Assembly: GCA_963772365.1 (NCBI GenBank)
Contig: CAVYXA010000001.1
Span: 1,248,001 to 1,312,000 of the forward strand
DNA from: an uncultured Verrucomicrobiae bacterium
GTDB taxonomy: Bacteria > Verrucomicrobiota > Verrucomicrobiia > Chthoniobacterales > UBA10450
Length of the DNA: 64,000 bases
Reading direction: 5' to 3'
Below the pieces are notes generated by a model. The model did no database searches, had not been told where the DNA came from, and saw only the letters and a program-made list of their open reading frames with translations. Position 1 is the stretch's first letter. The number at the start of each line of letters is the position of its first letter. This document shows positions 27,727-37,494 of the stretch, piece after piece. A program made the position numbers and the translations under genes.

Positions 27727-29034
27727 ATGAGATTTCCCCTCCAACTTACGGCTAAGATCGCAGGCTATATGATCGGCCATAAGCTCCGCGGCACCAAGAA
27801 GTTCGCTACCGTCCTGCAGCTCGAGCCGCTGCATACGTGCAACCTAACCTGCACCGGATGTGGCCGGATTCGGGAATACTCCACTTCGCTCAAGGATATG
27901 ATGAGCTTGGAGGATTGCCTCGGGGCAGCAAAGGAGTGTAACGCGCCGATGGTCTCGATTTGCGGCGGTGAACCGCTGATTTACCCCCATATTGAAGCGC
28001 TGGTGAACGGTCTGCTCGACCAGGCCCGGATCGTTTATATCTGCACCAATGCAATGTTCATGCGCAAAAAAATGCGCGACTGGATCGCGGCGGAATTGGC
28101 CAAAGCGCAAAACGGCAACGGCCAGAAATTACAAAACAAGATAGACATCCTGCTGGCCAAAGGATTGATCTCGGAAAAAGACGCAGCCGAAATTCGCAAA
28201 GGGCCGAAAGATCCAGCCAAACCAGCAATTGGTCCAAGCAAATGGATGTATTGGAATGTGCATCTCGACGGTCTGGAGCGAATTCACGATCTGATCGTCG
28301 AGCGCGAAGGGGTATTTAAGGAATGCATTCTAGCGATCAAGATGGCCAAGGTTCTCGGTTATCAGGTCGCAACTAATACGACCATCTACAAGGAAACCGA
28401 CATGCGAGAGGTCGAGCAGATGTTCGATTACCTCTCCGATCTCGGCGTTGACGGTCACACCATCTCGCCGGGTTATGAGTACGACGCAGCCAAGAAGGAC
28501 ATGATCAAACGGCTCAACCTGCTGCCGGAAAATTTCTTTCTCACCCGCAAAATGACGGTCGAAAAATTCGCCAATGTCGAAGAATGGATGAATCGCTATG
28601 CGTTTCTCGGAACGCCAATCTATTTTGAATTTCTGGCCGGCAAACGCGCCCTAACGTGTTCAGCGTGGGCCATCCCGACCCGTAATATCCGCGGCTGGAA
28701 AGGACCATGTTATCTGATGACTGACGCGCATTACTCGAGCTACGCGGAGCTGCTCGAGAAAGTGGAATGGGAAAAGTATGGCGTTGTCGATGGTGCGGCG
28801 CGCGATCCGCGCTGCGAGAATTGCATGGTCCACTGCGGCTACGAACCAACCGCGAGTCTCGGCTTGCAAGCGAAACGCGGCGACACCTGGAAGACAATTA
28901 AGTTTAATTTTGGATCAAAACCAAAACCGACAGGGCGCGGCAGCGAAACAATCGCGTTTAACGGCGTGAGCAGCGGGAACGGACACATCACCGGCAAACA
29001 CGCAGAGACCGACGGCACGGCTGCGCGAGCGTAG
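27727..29034 (+). CDS. hpnH: Adenosyl-hopene transferase HpnH (radical SAM)
   Basis: LEPLHTCNLTCTGCG, GGEPL, DPRCENCMVHCGYE; directly upstream of shc. Confidence 0.9.
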   Translation: MRFPLQLTAKIAGYMIGHKLRGTKKFATVLQLEPLHTCNLTCTGCGRIREYSTSLKDMMSLEDCLGAAKECNAPMVSICGGEPLIYPHIEALVNGLLDQARIVYICTNAMFMRKKMRDWIAAELAKAQNGNGQKLQNKIDILLAKGLISEKDAAEIRKGPKDPAKPAIGPSKWMYWNVHLDGLERIHDLIVEREGVFKECILAIKMAKVLGYQVATNTTIYKETDMREVEQMFDYLSDLGVDGHTISPGYEYDAAKKDMIKRLNLLPENFFLTRKMTVEKFANVEEWMNRYAFLGTPIYFEFLAGKRALTCSAWAIPTRNIRGWKGPCYLMTDAHYSSYAELLEKVEWEKYGVVDGAARDPRCENCMVHCGYEPTASLGLQAKRGDTWKTIKFNFGSKPKPTGRGSETIAFNGVSSGNGHITGKHAETDGTAARA

Positions 29035-29061
29035 TTCTCGTCATGTCGTAAGATCGACATC

Positions 29062-31071
29062 GTGAAGCCACAGACCAGCAATCTCATTTCCTTGCGCGGT
29101 GCCGAACCCGAAGCTGCCAAGGCCGAGGAAATCGCGCGCGCCATTTCCTTCGCTCAGGAAAATCTGTTACGCCAGCAGCATGCTGATGGGCATTGGTGTG
29201 GCGAACTAATTGTCGATAGCACCCTTTGCTCGGACTTCGTCTTCTACATGCATTGGGATGGCGAAGTGGATGACCTGGTCCAGAAACGGTGCGTCCAGCA
29301 TATTCTGAAACGTCAACTTCCCGATGGCGGCTGGAACATTTATCACGGCGGGCCGAGCGAGATCAATGCGTCAGTGAAAGCGTATTTCGCGCTGAAACTT
29401 GCCGGTTATTCGGCCGATCTGCCGTTCATGGAGGCGGCGCGCGCGACGATTTTGCGCCTCGGCGGCATTCCGCGCCTGAACACTTTCAGCAAATTGTATC
29501 TCGCGCTGCTCGGCCAGTTTCCATGGAATTACCTCCCGACGATTCCCGTGGAAATGATCCTGCTTCCCACATGGGCGCCGTTTCACATTTACAAGATGTC
29601 ATCCTGGAGCCGGGCGATGATCGTGCCCCTGGCGATCATCAATCATTTTAAACCGACACGGCATCTTCCCGGTCTGAAACAGTTACATGAATTGTATCCG
29701 CTCGGAACCGAGCACGAGGATTTCAAGGTGCCGCGGGATGAGCGTTTCTTCACGTGGCGGAATTTCTTCCTGCGCAGCGATGATGTTCTCAAATTTATCG
29801 GCGGGCTGTTGAATAGTCCGATTCGGCGGGTCGCACTCGATGAAGCGGAACGCTGGATGACCGAGCGAATGGGCGAAGGCAGTGATGGTTTGGCCGCAGT
29901 TTATCCGGCGATGCTGAACTCGATGATCGCCCTGCGCGCGCTCGGTTACGCGAAGAACCATCCGCTGTTTGAAAAAGCGCGGAAAGATTTTGCCGGGCTC
30001 TTTGTCGATGATCCGGAAGATTTCCGGATTCAACCGTGTCTTTCGCCAGTCTGGGATACAGCAATCAACATTATCGCGCTGGTGGAGTCCGGTCTGTCGC
30101 CCGACGATCCGCGCTTGCGCAAGGCGGCTGATTGGTTGTTCGACAAAGAAGTGCGAATCCGAGGTGATTGGACCAAGAACAACCCGCATCCGGAAGCGAG
30201 CGGTTGGGCATTCGAATACAACAATGTTTATTACCCGGACGTAGATGACACCGCGATGGTATTGATGGCGTTGCGCCTCGTTGACCCGGAAAATCAATCC
30301 ACCTCCGCCGGGGTGGAACGCTTAACGAACGTTTTCGCGCGGGCGCTCCCATGGCACCTGAGTTTCCAATGTGGCGACGGCGGCTGGGCCGCGTTCGACA
30401 AAGATGTCACCACGTCCTGGCTCGAGGACATGCCGTTTGCCGATCACAACGCCATCCTCGATCCGACATGCAGCGATCTAACAGCCCGGACGCTTGAACT
30501 TTTCGGCTACATCGGTTTCGAACGAAATCACACGTCGGTAAAGCGCGCCCTGAAATATCTCATCAACACTCAGGAAAAAGATGGGTCGTGGTATGGCCGC
30601 TGGGGCGTCAATTACATTTACGGCACCTGGCAAGTCTTGCGGGGCCTGCGCGCGATCGGCGAGGACATGACACAAACATGGATTCTGCGCGGACGCGATT
30701 GGCTCGAAAGCTGTCAGAACGACGATGGCGGCTGGGGCGAAACCTGCGAGACATACGACAATCCTGCCGCAAAAGGCAAAGGCGAAAGTACCGCGTCGCA
30801 AACCGCATGGGCTGTCATGGGCATCTGTGCGTGTGGCGATCTCGACCGGCGCAGTATCCAGCGAGGACTTCGTTTCCTCCTGGATCGACAAAAGCCGGAT
30901 GGCTCGTGGGATGAATTAGAAATTACCGGCACCGGTTTCCCGAGAGTGTTTTACCTCAAGTACGATATGTACCGCCAAAATTTTCCCCTGCTCGCGTTCG
31001 CAACCTATCTCAATTACTGCAACGGGACCGATACCAAAGCAGGCTTTTACAGTTGGGGCGCCCGAGCGTAG
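29062..31071 (+). CDS. shc: Squalene-hopene cyclase
   Basis: QPCLSPVWDT, YPDVDDTA (DxDD), QW repeats, GRWGVNYIYGT, GTGFPRVFYL. Confidence 0.96.
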   Translation: MKPQTSNLISLRGAEPEAAKAEEIARAISFAQENLLRQQHADGHWCGELIVDSTLCSDFVFYMHWDGEVDDLVQKRCVQHILKRQLPDGGWNIYHGGPSEINASVKAYFALKLAGYSADLPFMEAARATILRLGGIPRLNTFSKLYLALLGQFPWNYLPTIPVEMILLPTWAPFHIYKMSSWSRAMIVPLAIINHFKPTRHLPGLKQLHELYPLGTEHEDFKVPRDERFFTWRNFFLRSDDVLKFIGGLLNSPIRRVALDEAERWMTERMGEGSDGLAAVYPAMLNSMIALRALGYAKNHPLFEKARKDFAGLFVDDPEDFRIQPCLSPVWDTAINIIALVESGLSPDDPRLRKAADWLFDKEVRIRGDWTKNNPHPEASGWAFEYNNVYYPDVDDTAMVLMALRLVDPENQSTSAGVERLTNVFARALPWHLSFQCGDGGWAAFDKDVTTSWLEDMPFADHNAILDPTCSDLTARTLELFGYIGFERNHTSVKRALKYLINTQEKDGSWYGRWGVNYIYGTWQVLRGLRAIGEDMTQTWILRGRDWLESCQNDDGGWGETCETYDNPAAKGKGESTASQTAWAVMGICACGDLDRRSIQRGLRFLLDRQKPDGSWDELEITGTGFPRVFYLKYDMYRQNFPLLAFATYLNYCNGTDTKAGFYSWGARA

Positions 31072-31247
31072 GGCCTGCACTGGATTTTCCAGATCCGTTT
31101 TGCCTGTCAGCTCACGGTACAGATCAGCGTCCGCAGAATTCGCGCCTGAGAAAAACAGCCATAGCTGGCGTAGTAAATACGACAGCTCTAAGGAGAGGTT
31201 TTGCCTTTGCAACGGAGGTTTGCCTTCGCTACCTTCGGGCCACAGTC

Positions 31248-33602
31248 ATGGGGAAGATGGTTTACCTGGTCCTAGCGTTCCTGCTCACGGCTGGGATCGT
31301 TCGAGCGGAAATCCAAACGCCCGGAGGGAACCCGATCGAAATTACTTCCACCGGGGAAACCACTTACGAGAACGGGTTGGCTACGGCTCGCGACAATGTC
31401 GCAATCCACATGGGCGATACCGATCTTTACTCCGATTACGCCCAGTACAATTCACAGACGCACGAAGTAATAGCCGAGGGAAACGTGCGTGTTTATCGAG
31501 ACATTAAACTGTACCTGGCGAACCGCGTCGTTTACAACACCGAGACCAAACAGATTTCGGCGATGGACACCCGGACGTCGTCGTTTCCTTATTTTGTCAG
31601 TGGCGAAAGGGTTAACGAGATCGGGACCACCAATGGTTATGTGATCCGGAACGGAAACTTTACGACTCAGGACTCAAGCCACCCGAACTTTCATCTCCGG
31701 GCGCGCACGATCCGGGTTTATGAAAACGATCGGGTAATTTTTTCCAATGTGACGTTTTACGTGGGCAAAGTTCCGATCATGTGGTGGCCGTACCTGTATC
31801 AGTCGCTGAACGACGCCTTCAGCTTCAGCGTCTCGCCGGCATTCCTGAGTTCGTGGGGTCCCTCGCTTTTGACCGAAGTTTTGTTCCCGATAACTGACAA
31901 AGCAAAAGGCCGGGTCCGGCTTGATTATCGCGGGCGCCGTGGTGTCGCGCTGGGGTTCGAATCGGACATTCACTACGGCAAAGAGGACGACAACGACACG
32001 CTGGCTCGGCTCAAGACCTACTACATTCAGGACCAGAATCCGCTGATCAATCGCACTGCATTGCCTCGTGGTTCGGTTCCCACGGACCGTTACCGGGTGA
32101 CCCTCGAGAACCGCACGAATTTTACTGATGACATCTATGCCATCGCCGACGTCACCAAGCTCAGCGACAAATACGTGATGCAGGATTTCTATCAGGGCGA
32201 ATTCCGCCTCAATCCGGTTCCGGACAATGTCGTTGCTCTGACCAAAACCGATCCGTTTTTTTCCCTCACCACGATCACCCGATTTCAGGCCAACGACTTT
32301 TTCGAAACGACCGAGCGTTTGCCAGAAGTCGCACTCGATATCAAACGCCATGCGCTGTTCGGCACCCCGATTTTCTACGAGGGCGAAAGCAGTTTTGCCG
32401 ATTTGCGGCGGGAGTTTCCTACTGATTCAGGCTTCCAGAATTACGGCGCCATTCGCCTGGATACGTTTCATCAATTGTTGTATCCAAAAACGTATTTCGG
32501 CTGGTTGTCGATTGTTCCGCGTGTTGGTTTTCGTGCCACGTATTATGATCAGACGCGGGACAGTGAATCTGAGAACGAGCGCCTGCTTCGAGAGGAGCAA
32601 ATGTACATGCCCTTTCGGCTCTCCTTTACGCCAAGTGATAATCCGCTTGTTCCCGATTTTCTGCTGCCGAATCCGACCCTGCTGAAAGTCGCGCCATTCG
32701 GAACTCCGCTTCATCCACGGTACGAGATTTTTCCCGGGCCGATCGATTTCGCAGGATCGACAATTCGAACGGTGTTCGACACTGGCGCGGAAGCTTCCTT
32801 CAAGATCTCGCGGACCTGGGACGATGTGCAAAGTCGAGCAGCCGGTCTGGATGGATTGATGCACGTGATCCAGCCATTCACAGATTTTTCCTACGTTGCA
32901 ACCAACCGGGACGATCCGTCCGAGATTCTGCAGTTCGATCGATTCGAACCTTCCACCCAATTGCGCACCATCGATTTTCCTCAATTCACCACCATTGATT
33001 CCATAGCCAGCTGGACAGTGTGGCGCGCTGGTGTGAGGAACCGGTTGGAAACCCGGCGGGACGACAAAACGATTACCTGGTTCGAACTGGACACGTTTAT
33101 GGATGTCAACTTCACCAATCCCTACGATCGCACACCTTATTCGAACCTATTTAATGACGTCACTTTTACGCCCCTGCCCTGGGTGAACTTCCGGGTCGAT
33201 TCGCAGGTGCCGGCATTCGATAAAGGTTTCACCGAGATAAACACCTACGTCGCATTTCAGCCTGCGGCGGATCTCCGGGTGACCTTCGGTCATCGATACT
33301 TGAATAATAATCCGTTCTTTCTGGACAGCAGTTTGTTCGTTGTGGGCGGTTATTACCGATTAGACGACAACTGGGGATTCGGGCTTCAGGAGCAATATGA
33401 AGAAAATACCGGCGTGCTGGAGCAGCAGCGATACGCAATCTATCGGGACTTGACGGACTGGGTCGCATCTCTGGGTATGGTCATTACCGATAATGCCGGC
33501 GTCAAAGACTATGGCGTGCTCTTCACTTTCACGCTGAAAGCTTTCCCGAAATTCGGTTTCGACTTGAACTTCGATCCCGGTGGCGCCGGTGAAAATCCAT
33601 GA
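31248..33602 (+). CDS. lptD: LPS-assembly protein LptD-like
   Basis: Signal peptide, OstA-like N-terminus, FYVGKVPIMWWPY, ERLPE, beta-barrel pattern. Confidence 0.8.
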   Translation: MGKMVYLVLAFLLTAGIVRAEIQTPGGNPIEITSTGETTYENGLATARDNVAIHMGDTDLYSDYAQYNSQTHEVIAEGNVRVYRDIKLYLANRVVYNTETKQISAMDTRTSSFPYFVSGERVNEIGTTNGYVIRNGNFTTQDSSHPNFHLRARTIRVYENDRVIFSNVTFYVGKVPIMWWPYLYQSLNDAFSFSVSPAFLSSWGPSLLTEVLFPITDKAKGRVRLDYRGRRGVALGFESDIHYGKEDDNDTLARLKTYYIQDQNPLINRTALPRGSVPTDRYRVTLENRTNFTDDIYAIADVTKLSDKYVMQDFYQGEFRLNPVPDNVVALTKTDPFFSLTTITRFQANDFFETTERLPEVALDIKRHALFGTPIFYEGESSFADLRREFPTDSGFQNYGAIRLDTFHQLLYPKTYFGWLSIVPRVGFRATYYDQTRDSESENERLLREEQMYMPFRLSFTPSDNPLVPDFLLPNPTLLKVAPFGTPLHPRYEIFPGPIDFAGSTIRTVFDTGAEASFKISRTWDDVQSRAAGLDGLMHVIQPFTDFSYVATNRDDPSEILQFDRFEPSTQLRTIDFPQFTTIDSIASWTVWRAGVRNRLETRRDDKTITWFELDTFMDVNFTNPYDRTPYSNLFNDVTFTPLPWVNFRVDSQVPAFDKGFTEINTYVAFQPAADLRVTFGHRYLNNNPFFLDSSLFVVGGYYRLDDNWGFGLQEQYEENTGVLEQQRYAIYRDLTDWVASLGMVITDNAGVKDYGVLFTFTLKAFPKFGFDLNFDPGGAGENP

Positions 33603-33684
33603 GCGCGGTGGTCCAAATCGCGCTATCATTTCCGCTTCTGCGCCGGTCCTGCTAGCAGGATTAAAACCCACGGGCATCTCAACT

Positions 33685-34998
33685 ATGGACATTTCTATTA
33701 TTGGTTCCGGCTACGTTGGTCTCGTCACGGGAGCCTGCTTCGCCGAGGTAGGCCATAACGTAGTTTGCGTCGATAATGATGCCCGCAAGATCGAGACTTT
33801 GCAGGCCGGCAAAGTTCCGATCTATGAGCCCGGGCTCGAGGAATTGATTCATCGCAATGTTTCCGCTCACCGGTTGCGATTCACTGGAAGCATCAAGGAA
33901 GGAGTAGATAATTCCCAGGTTGTTTTCATTGCCGTTCCTACCCCGCAACAGCCGAATGGCGATGTCGATCTTAGCTTCATCGAAAAAGTCGCCCGCGAAA
34001 TCGCCGGCGTCTTGACCAGCTATCGGGTGATTGTCGATAAAAGCACCGTTCCGGTGAAAACCGGCGAGAAAGTCGCCGAGTCGATTCGGCGTTACAATCG
34101 GCACGGCGCCAAGTTCGATGTGGTGAGTAATCCGGAGTTTCTGCGGGAAGGGTGCGCAGTGAACGATCTGATGCATCCCGACCGAATCGTGATCGGCGCA
34201 CAAAGCGAGCATGCTGTCGATCTGATGAAGAAAATTTACGAGCCGTTCATGGCTCCGATTCTCGTTACCGATGTCAATAGTGCCGAGCTGATCAAGCACG
34301 CGGCTAATTCTTTTCTGGCCTTGAAGATTTCTTACATCAACGCCGTTTCCGTTATTTGTGAAGCCAGCGGTGCTGACGTGGAAAAAGTTGCCGATGGGAT
34401 TGGGATGGATCGCCGGATTGGCCGCGCATTTCTCAACGCCGGCATCGGATATGGCGGCTCCTGTTTCCCGAAAGATCTAGCCGCGTTCATCGCCATTAGC
34501 GAGCAATTGGGAGTTCCATTTGATCTGCTCAAAGAAGTGCAGCGGATCAACACTGCGCAAAAACAGCGCTTCCTGAAAGCGGTCCGGGACACACTTTGGG
34601 TTTTACGAGAAAAGAAGATCGCCGTCTGGGGTCTCACCTTCAAACCGGATACGGACGATATTCGCTCGTCGGTTGCGATCGATCTGGTGGCCGACCTTTT
34701 ACGGGAAGGCGCGCAGGTCAGCGCCTATGATCCAAAAGGAATGGAAAAAGCGGGGCAGGTAAAAGCGATCGCGGATGCCAGATTGACCGACTCCGCTCTG
34801 GAAGCTGTCGATGGCGCTGAAGCGCTGATCATTGCCACGGAATGGAAGGACTTCGCCGATGTCGATCTTACGGTGGTTAAGAAACGCATGACCACGCCGA
34901 TTGTGTTTGATGGGCGAAATCTTTTCGATCCCGAAACCATGGCCCAATTGGGCTTCCAATATCATTCGATTGGACGCCCAACTGTGAAGCCGCAGTAG
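33685..34998 (+). CDS. ugd: UDP-glucose/GDP-mannose dehydrogenase
   Basis: GSGYVGL, KSTVPV, SNPEFLREG, GYGGSCFPKD. Confidence 0.95.
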   Translation: MDISIIGSGYVGLVTGACFAEVGHNVVCVDNDARKIETLQAGKVPIYEPGLEELIHRNVSAHRLRFTGSIKEGVDNSQVVFIAVPTPQQPNGDVDLSFIEKVAREIAGVLTSYRVIVDKSTVPVKTGEKVAESIRRYNRHGAKFDVVSNPEFLREGCAVNDLMHPDRIVIGAQSEHAVDLMKKIYEPFMAPILVTDVNSAELIKHAANSFLALKISYINAVSVICEASGADVEKVADGIGMDRRIGRAFLNAGIGYGGSCFPKDLAAFIAISEQLGVPFDLLKEVQRINTAQKQRFLKAVRDTLWVLREKKIAVWGLTFKPDTDDIRSSVAIDLVADLLREGAQVSAYDPKGMEKAGQVKAIADARLTDSALEAVDGAEALIIATEWKDFADVDLTVVKKRMTTPIVFDGRNLFDPETMAQLGFQYHSIGRPTVKPQ

Positions 34999-35010
34999 AA
35001 ACGACTCGGC

Positions 35011-36264
35011 ATGCCACAGCTCTCCGCCCGTCGAGCCGCGGTGAGAGCGTTGCAGAAATGGCGGAGCCAAACCCGCTTCGCCGATTCCATCATTTCCGAG
35101 CTGCTCGCCGACGCCGACTTGAGTGCGTCAGATCGCGGGTTTGCCCTGGAATTATTCTACGGCGTCCTGCGCAACCTGAGTTTGCTCGATTTTTGGACTG
35201 ATTGTCTTCGGCCGTCGCCGGTCGATGTCGATCTTCGCGACATTCTGCGACTCGGCTTCTATCAGCTCTTTTGCCTCAAAACTCCCCCGCACGCAGGAGT
35301 CAACGAGACCGTGAATCTTGCTCCCAAGCGTGGACGCGCGCTGATCAACGGAATCCTTCGCGCAGCCGTGCGGCAACAGGATGAACTGCAGGCCCGGGCA
35401 AGAACTCAGCCGCTCTTCATTCGACTGTCGCATCCGCAATTTCTATTTTCGCGATGGCAGCAGCATTTCGGGACGGAACAAGCCGAACAGTTGTGCACAT
35501 GGAACAACAAAGCGCCTGCGGTTTATGGGCGAATCAATCTGCTGAAAATTGACCGGGACGCATTCCTGCGACGATATCCGCATTCGAAGCCGGTCACCAA
35601 TTATCCTGGTTTTGTCGAGTTCGATATCTTTCCAGTGGAAGCGCTGGATCACGGCCATTGCTACATTCAGGATCCGAGCAGCGCCATCGCCTCCCACCTC
35701 GTCGATCCTCAGCCGGGCGAAAAAATTCTCGATGCTTGCGCGGCTCCAGGTGGGAAGACGAATCACCTCGCAGAACTTATGAAAAATCAGGGAACAATCG
35801 TCGCATGCGATCGCGATCCGGAGCGGGTTCGTGTATTGCAGGCAAACTGCGCCCGTCTGGGAATCGACGTCGCGCAGATCTTTCGCTACGACTGGGAGAA
35901 TGATGATTCCGATCAAATAGCCGGCCTTGGTCCATTTGACCGGATACTGGTTGATGCGCCGTGCAGCAACACAGGCGTGATGCGACGGCGGGTCGACGTG
36001 CGATGGCGATTGCAGCCGTCTGACTTCGTCCACATGCAAAAAAGACAACTAGCGATTGTTCGCGCAGTTTTGCCGCTGCTGAAGCGTGGCGGCGCCCTCG
36101 TTTACAGCACCTGCAGCCTCGAACCAGAAGAAAACGAAGAAGTCGTCAGTCATCTTCTCCACGAATTGTCGATCCTCGAATTGAAAGAGGAGAAACGCTT
36201 CCTTCCTTTTCGGGACGGATTCGACGGAGCATTTGCGGCGAAATTGATGCTCAGAATTTCGTGA
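35011..36264 (+). CDS. rsmB: 16S rRNA m5C967 methyltransferase RsmB
   Basis: NusB-like N-terminus, DACAAPGGKT, DAPCSNTG, YSTCS. Confidence 0.92.
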   Translation: MPQLSARRAAVRALQKWRSQTRFADSIISELLADADLSASDRGFALELFYGVLRNLSLLDFWTDCLRPSPVDVDLRDILRLGFYQLFCLKTPPHAGVNETVNLAPKRGRALINGILRAAVRQQDELQARARTQPLFIRLSHPQFLFSRWQQHFGTEQAEQLCTWNNKAPAVYGRINLLKIDRDAFLRRYPHSKPVTNYPGFVEFDIFPVEALDHGHCYIQDPSSAIASHLVDPQPGEKILDACAAPGGKTNHLAELMKNQGTIVACDRDPERVRVLQANCARLGIDVAQIFRYDWENDDSDQIAGLGPFDRILVDAPCSNTGVMRRRVDVRWRLQPSDFVHMQKRQLAIVRAVLPLLKRGGALVYSTCSLEPEENEEVVSHLLHELSILELKEEKRFLPFRDGFDGAFAAKLMLRIS

Positions 36265-36305
36265 TTAGTTGCATCTGATTTCACTAATGGAATCGTAGCA
36301 TTTCT

Positions 36306-37406
36306 ATGCATGACCCCAGATTTGATAAGCTCGCCAAGGTTCTCGTCGAATATTCCACGCGCCTCCAGCGGAACGAAAACGTCCTGATCGAATCGTTTGA
36401 TATTCCGGACGAAATGACAATCGCTCTGATTCGCGCTTCTCGAAATGCAGGTGCGGTCCCATTCGTTCAAATCCATCGCGGTCGTGTCAGCCGCGCATTG
36501 GCGCTGGACGCAACGGAGCGTCAACTGAGTTTCGCAGCGCGACATGAGCTGGCGCGGATGAAAAAAATGGACGCTTACATCGCCGTTCGCGGCAGTGATA
36601 ACATCACTGAGCTGTCCGATGTGCCAGTGGACAAAATGAAATTGGTTGCGAAAAAGATGCGGCCGGTCATGGACGAACGAGTTAAGAAAACCAAATGGGT
36701 GGTGTTGCGCTGGCCGACGCCCTCGATGGCGCAACTGGCAGGGATGAGCACGGAAGCATTCGAAGATTTTTATTTCGATGTTTGCACACTCGATTATCGA
36801 AAACTGCAGCCCGGCATGAAGGCGCTCAAATCGCTAATGCAGAAAACCGATCGCGTCGAAGTGAAAGGACCCGGGACCGATCTGCGATTCAGCATCAAGG
36901 GGATCAATGCCGTAATGTGCGGCGGCGATCGCAATATTCCTGACGGCGAGGTTTTCAGCTGCCCCGTGAAGGATTCCGTTCAGGGACACGTTACTTTCAA
37001 TGCGCCGAGCATTTATCAGGGGACGGGATTTGATGGAGTCCGTCTGAAATTCCGAGACGGCAAAATTGTCGATGCTAGCAGCAACGAAACCAAGAAGCTG
37101 AACAAGATTCTCGATTCGGATCCGGGTGCGCGTTACATCGGCGAATTTTCGCTGGGATTTAATCCGCGAATCTTGCAGCCGATGCGGGATATTCTGTTCG
37201 ACGAAAAAATCGCCGGCTCATTTCATTTCACACCAGGTCAGGCTTATGAAGAGGCCGATAATGGAAATCGCAGCCAAGTCCATTGGGACATGGTTAATAT
37301 CCAGCGGCCGGAATACGGCGGCGGCGAGATTTATTTTGATGGGAAACTGATTCGGCGCGATGGCGAGTTTGTGCCGAAACAGTTGCGATCGCTGAATCGC
37401 AAGTAG
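36306..37406 (+). CDS. M29 family aminopeptidase
   Basis: [38 protein letters not shown]. Confidence 0.92.
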   Translation: MHDPRFDKLAKVLVEYSTRLQRNENVLIESFDIPDEMTIALIRASRNAGAVPFVQIHRGRVSRALALDATERQLSFAARHELARMKKMDAYIAVRGSDNITELSDVPVDKMKLVAKKMRPVMDERVKKTKWVVLRWPTPSMAQLAGMSTEAFEDFYFDVCTLDYRKLQPGMKALKSLMQKTDRVEVKGPGTDLRFSIKGINAVMCGGDRNIPDGEVFSCPVKDSVQGHVTFNAPSIYQGTGFDGVRLKFRDGKIVDASSNETKKLNKILDSDPGARYIGEFSLGFNPRILQPMRDILFDEKIAGSFHFTPGQAYEEADNGNRSQVHWDMVNIQRPEYGGGEIYFDGKLIRRDGEFVPKQLRSLNRK

Positions 37407-37437
37407 TTCAGTTCGATCTATCGGCAACAGATAGAAA

Positions 37438-37465
37438 ATAGGGGAAGCTGTTAGCTTCCCCTACA
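37438..37465. repeat. GTAG-type REP hairpin between convergent genes
   Basis: TAGGGGAAGCTGTTAGCTTCCCCTACA; near-identical to 17415-17439. Confidence 0.75.
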
Positions 37466-37494
37466 GAGAACGAGAGATATTGCGCAGATCTCTC

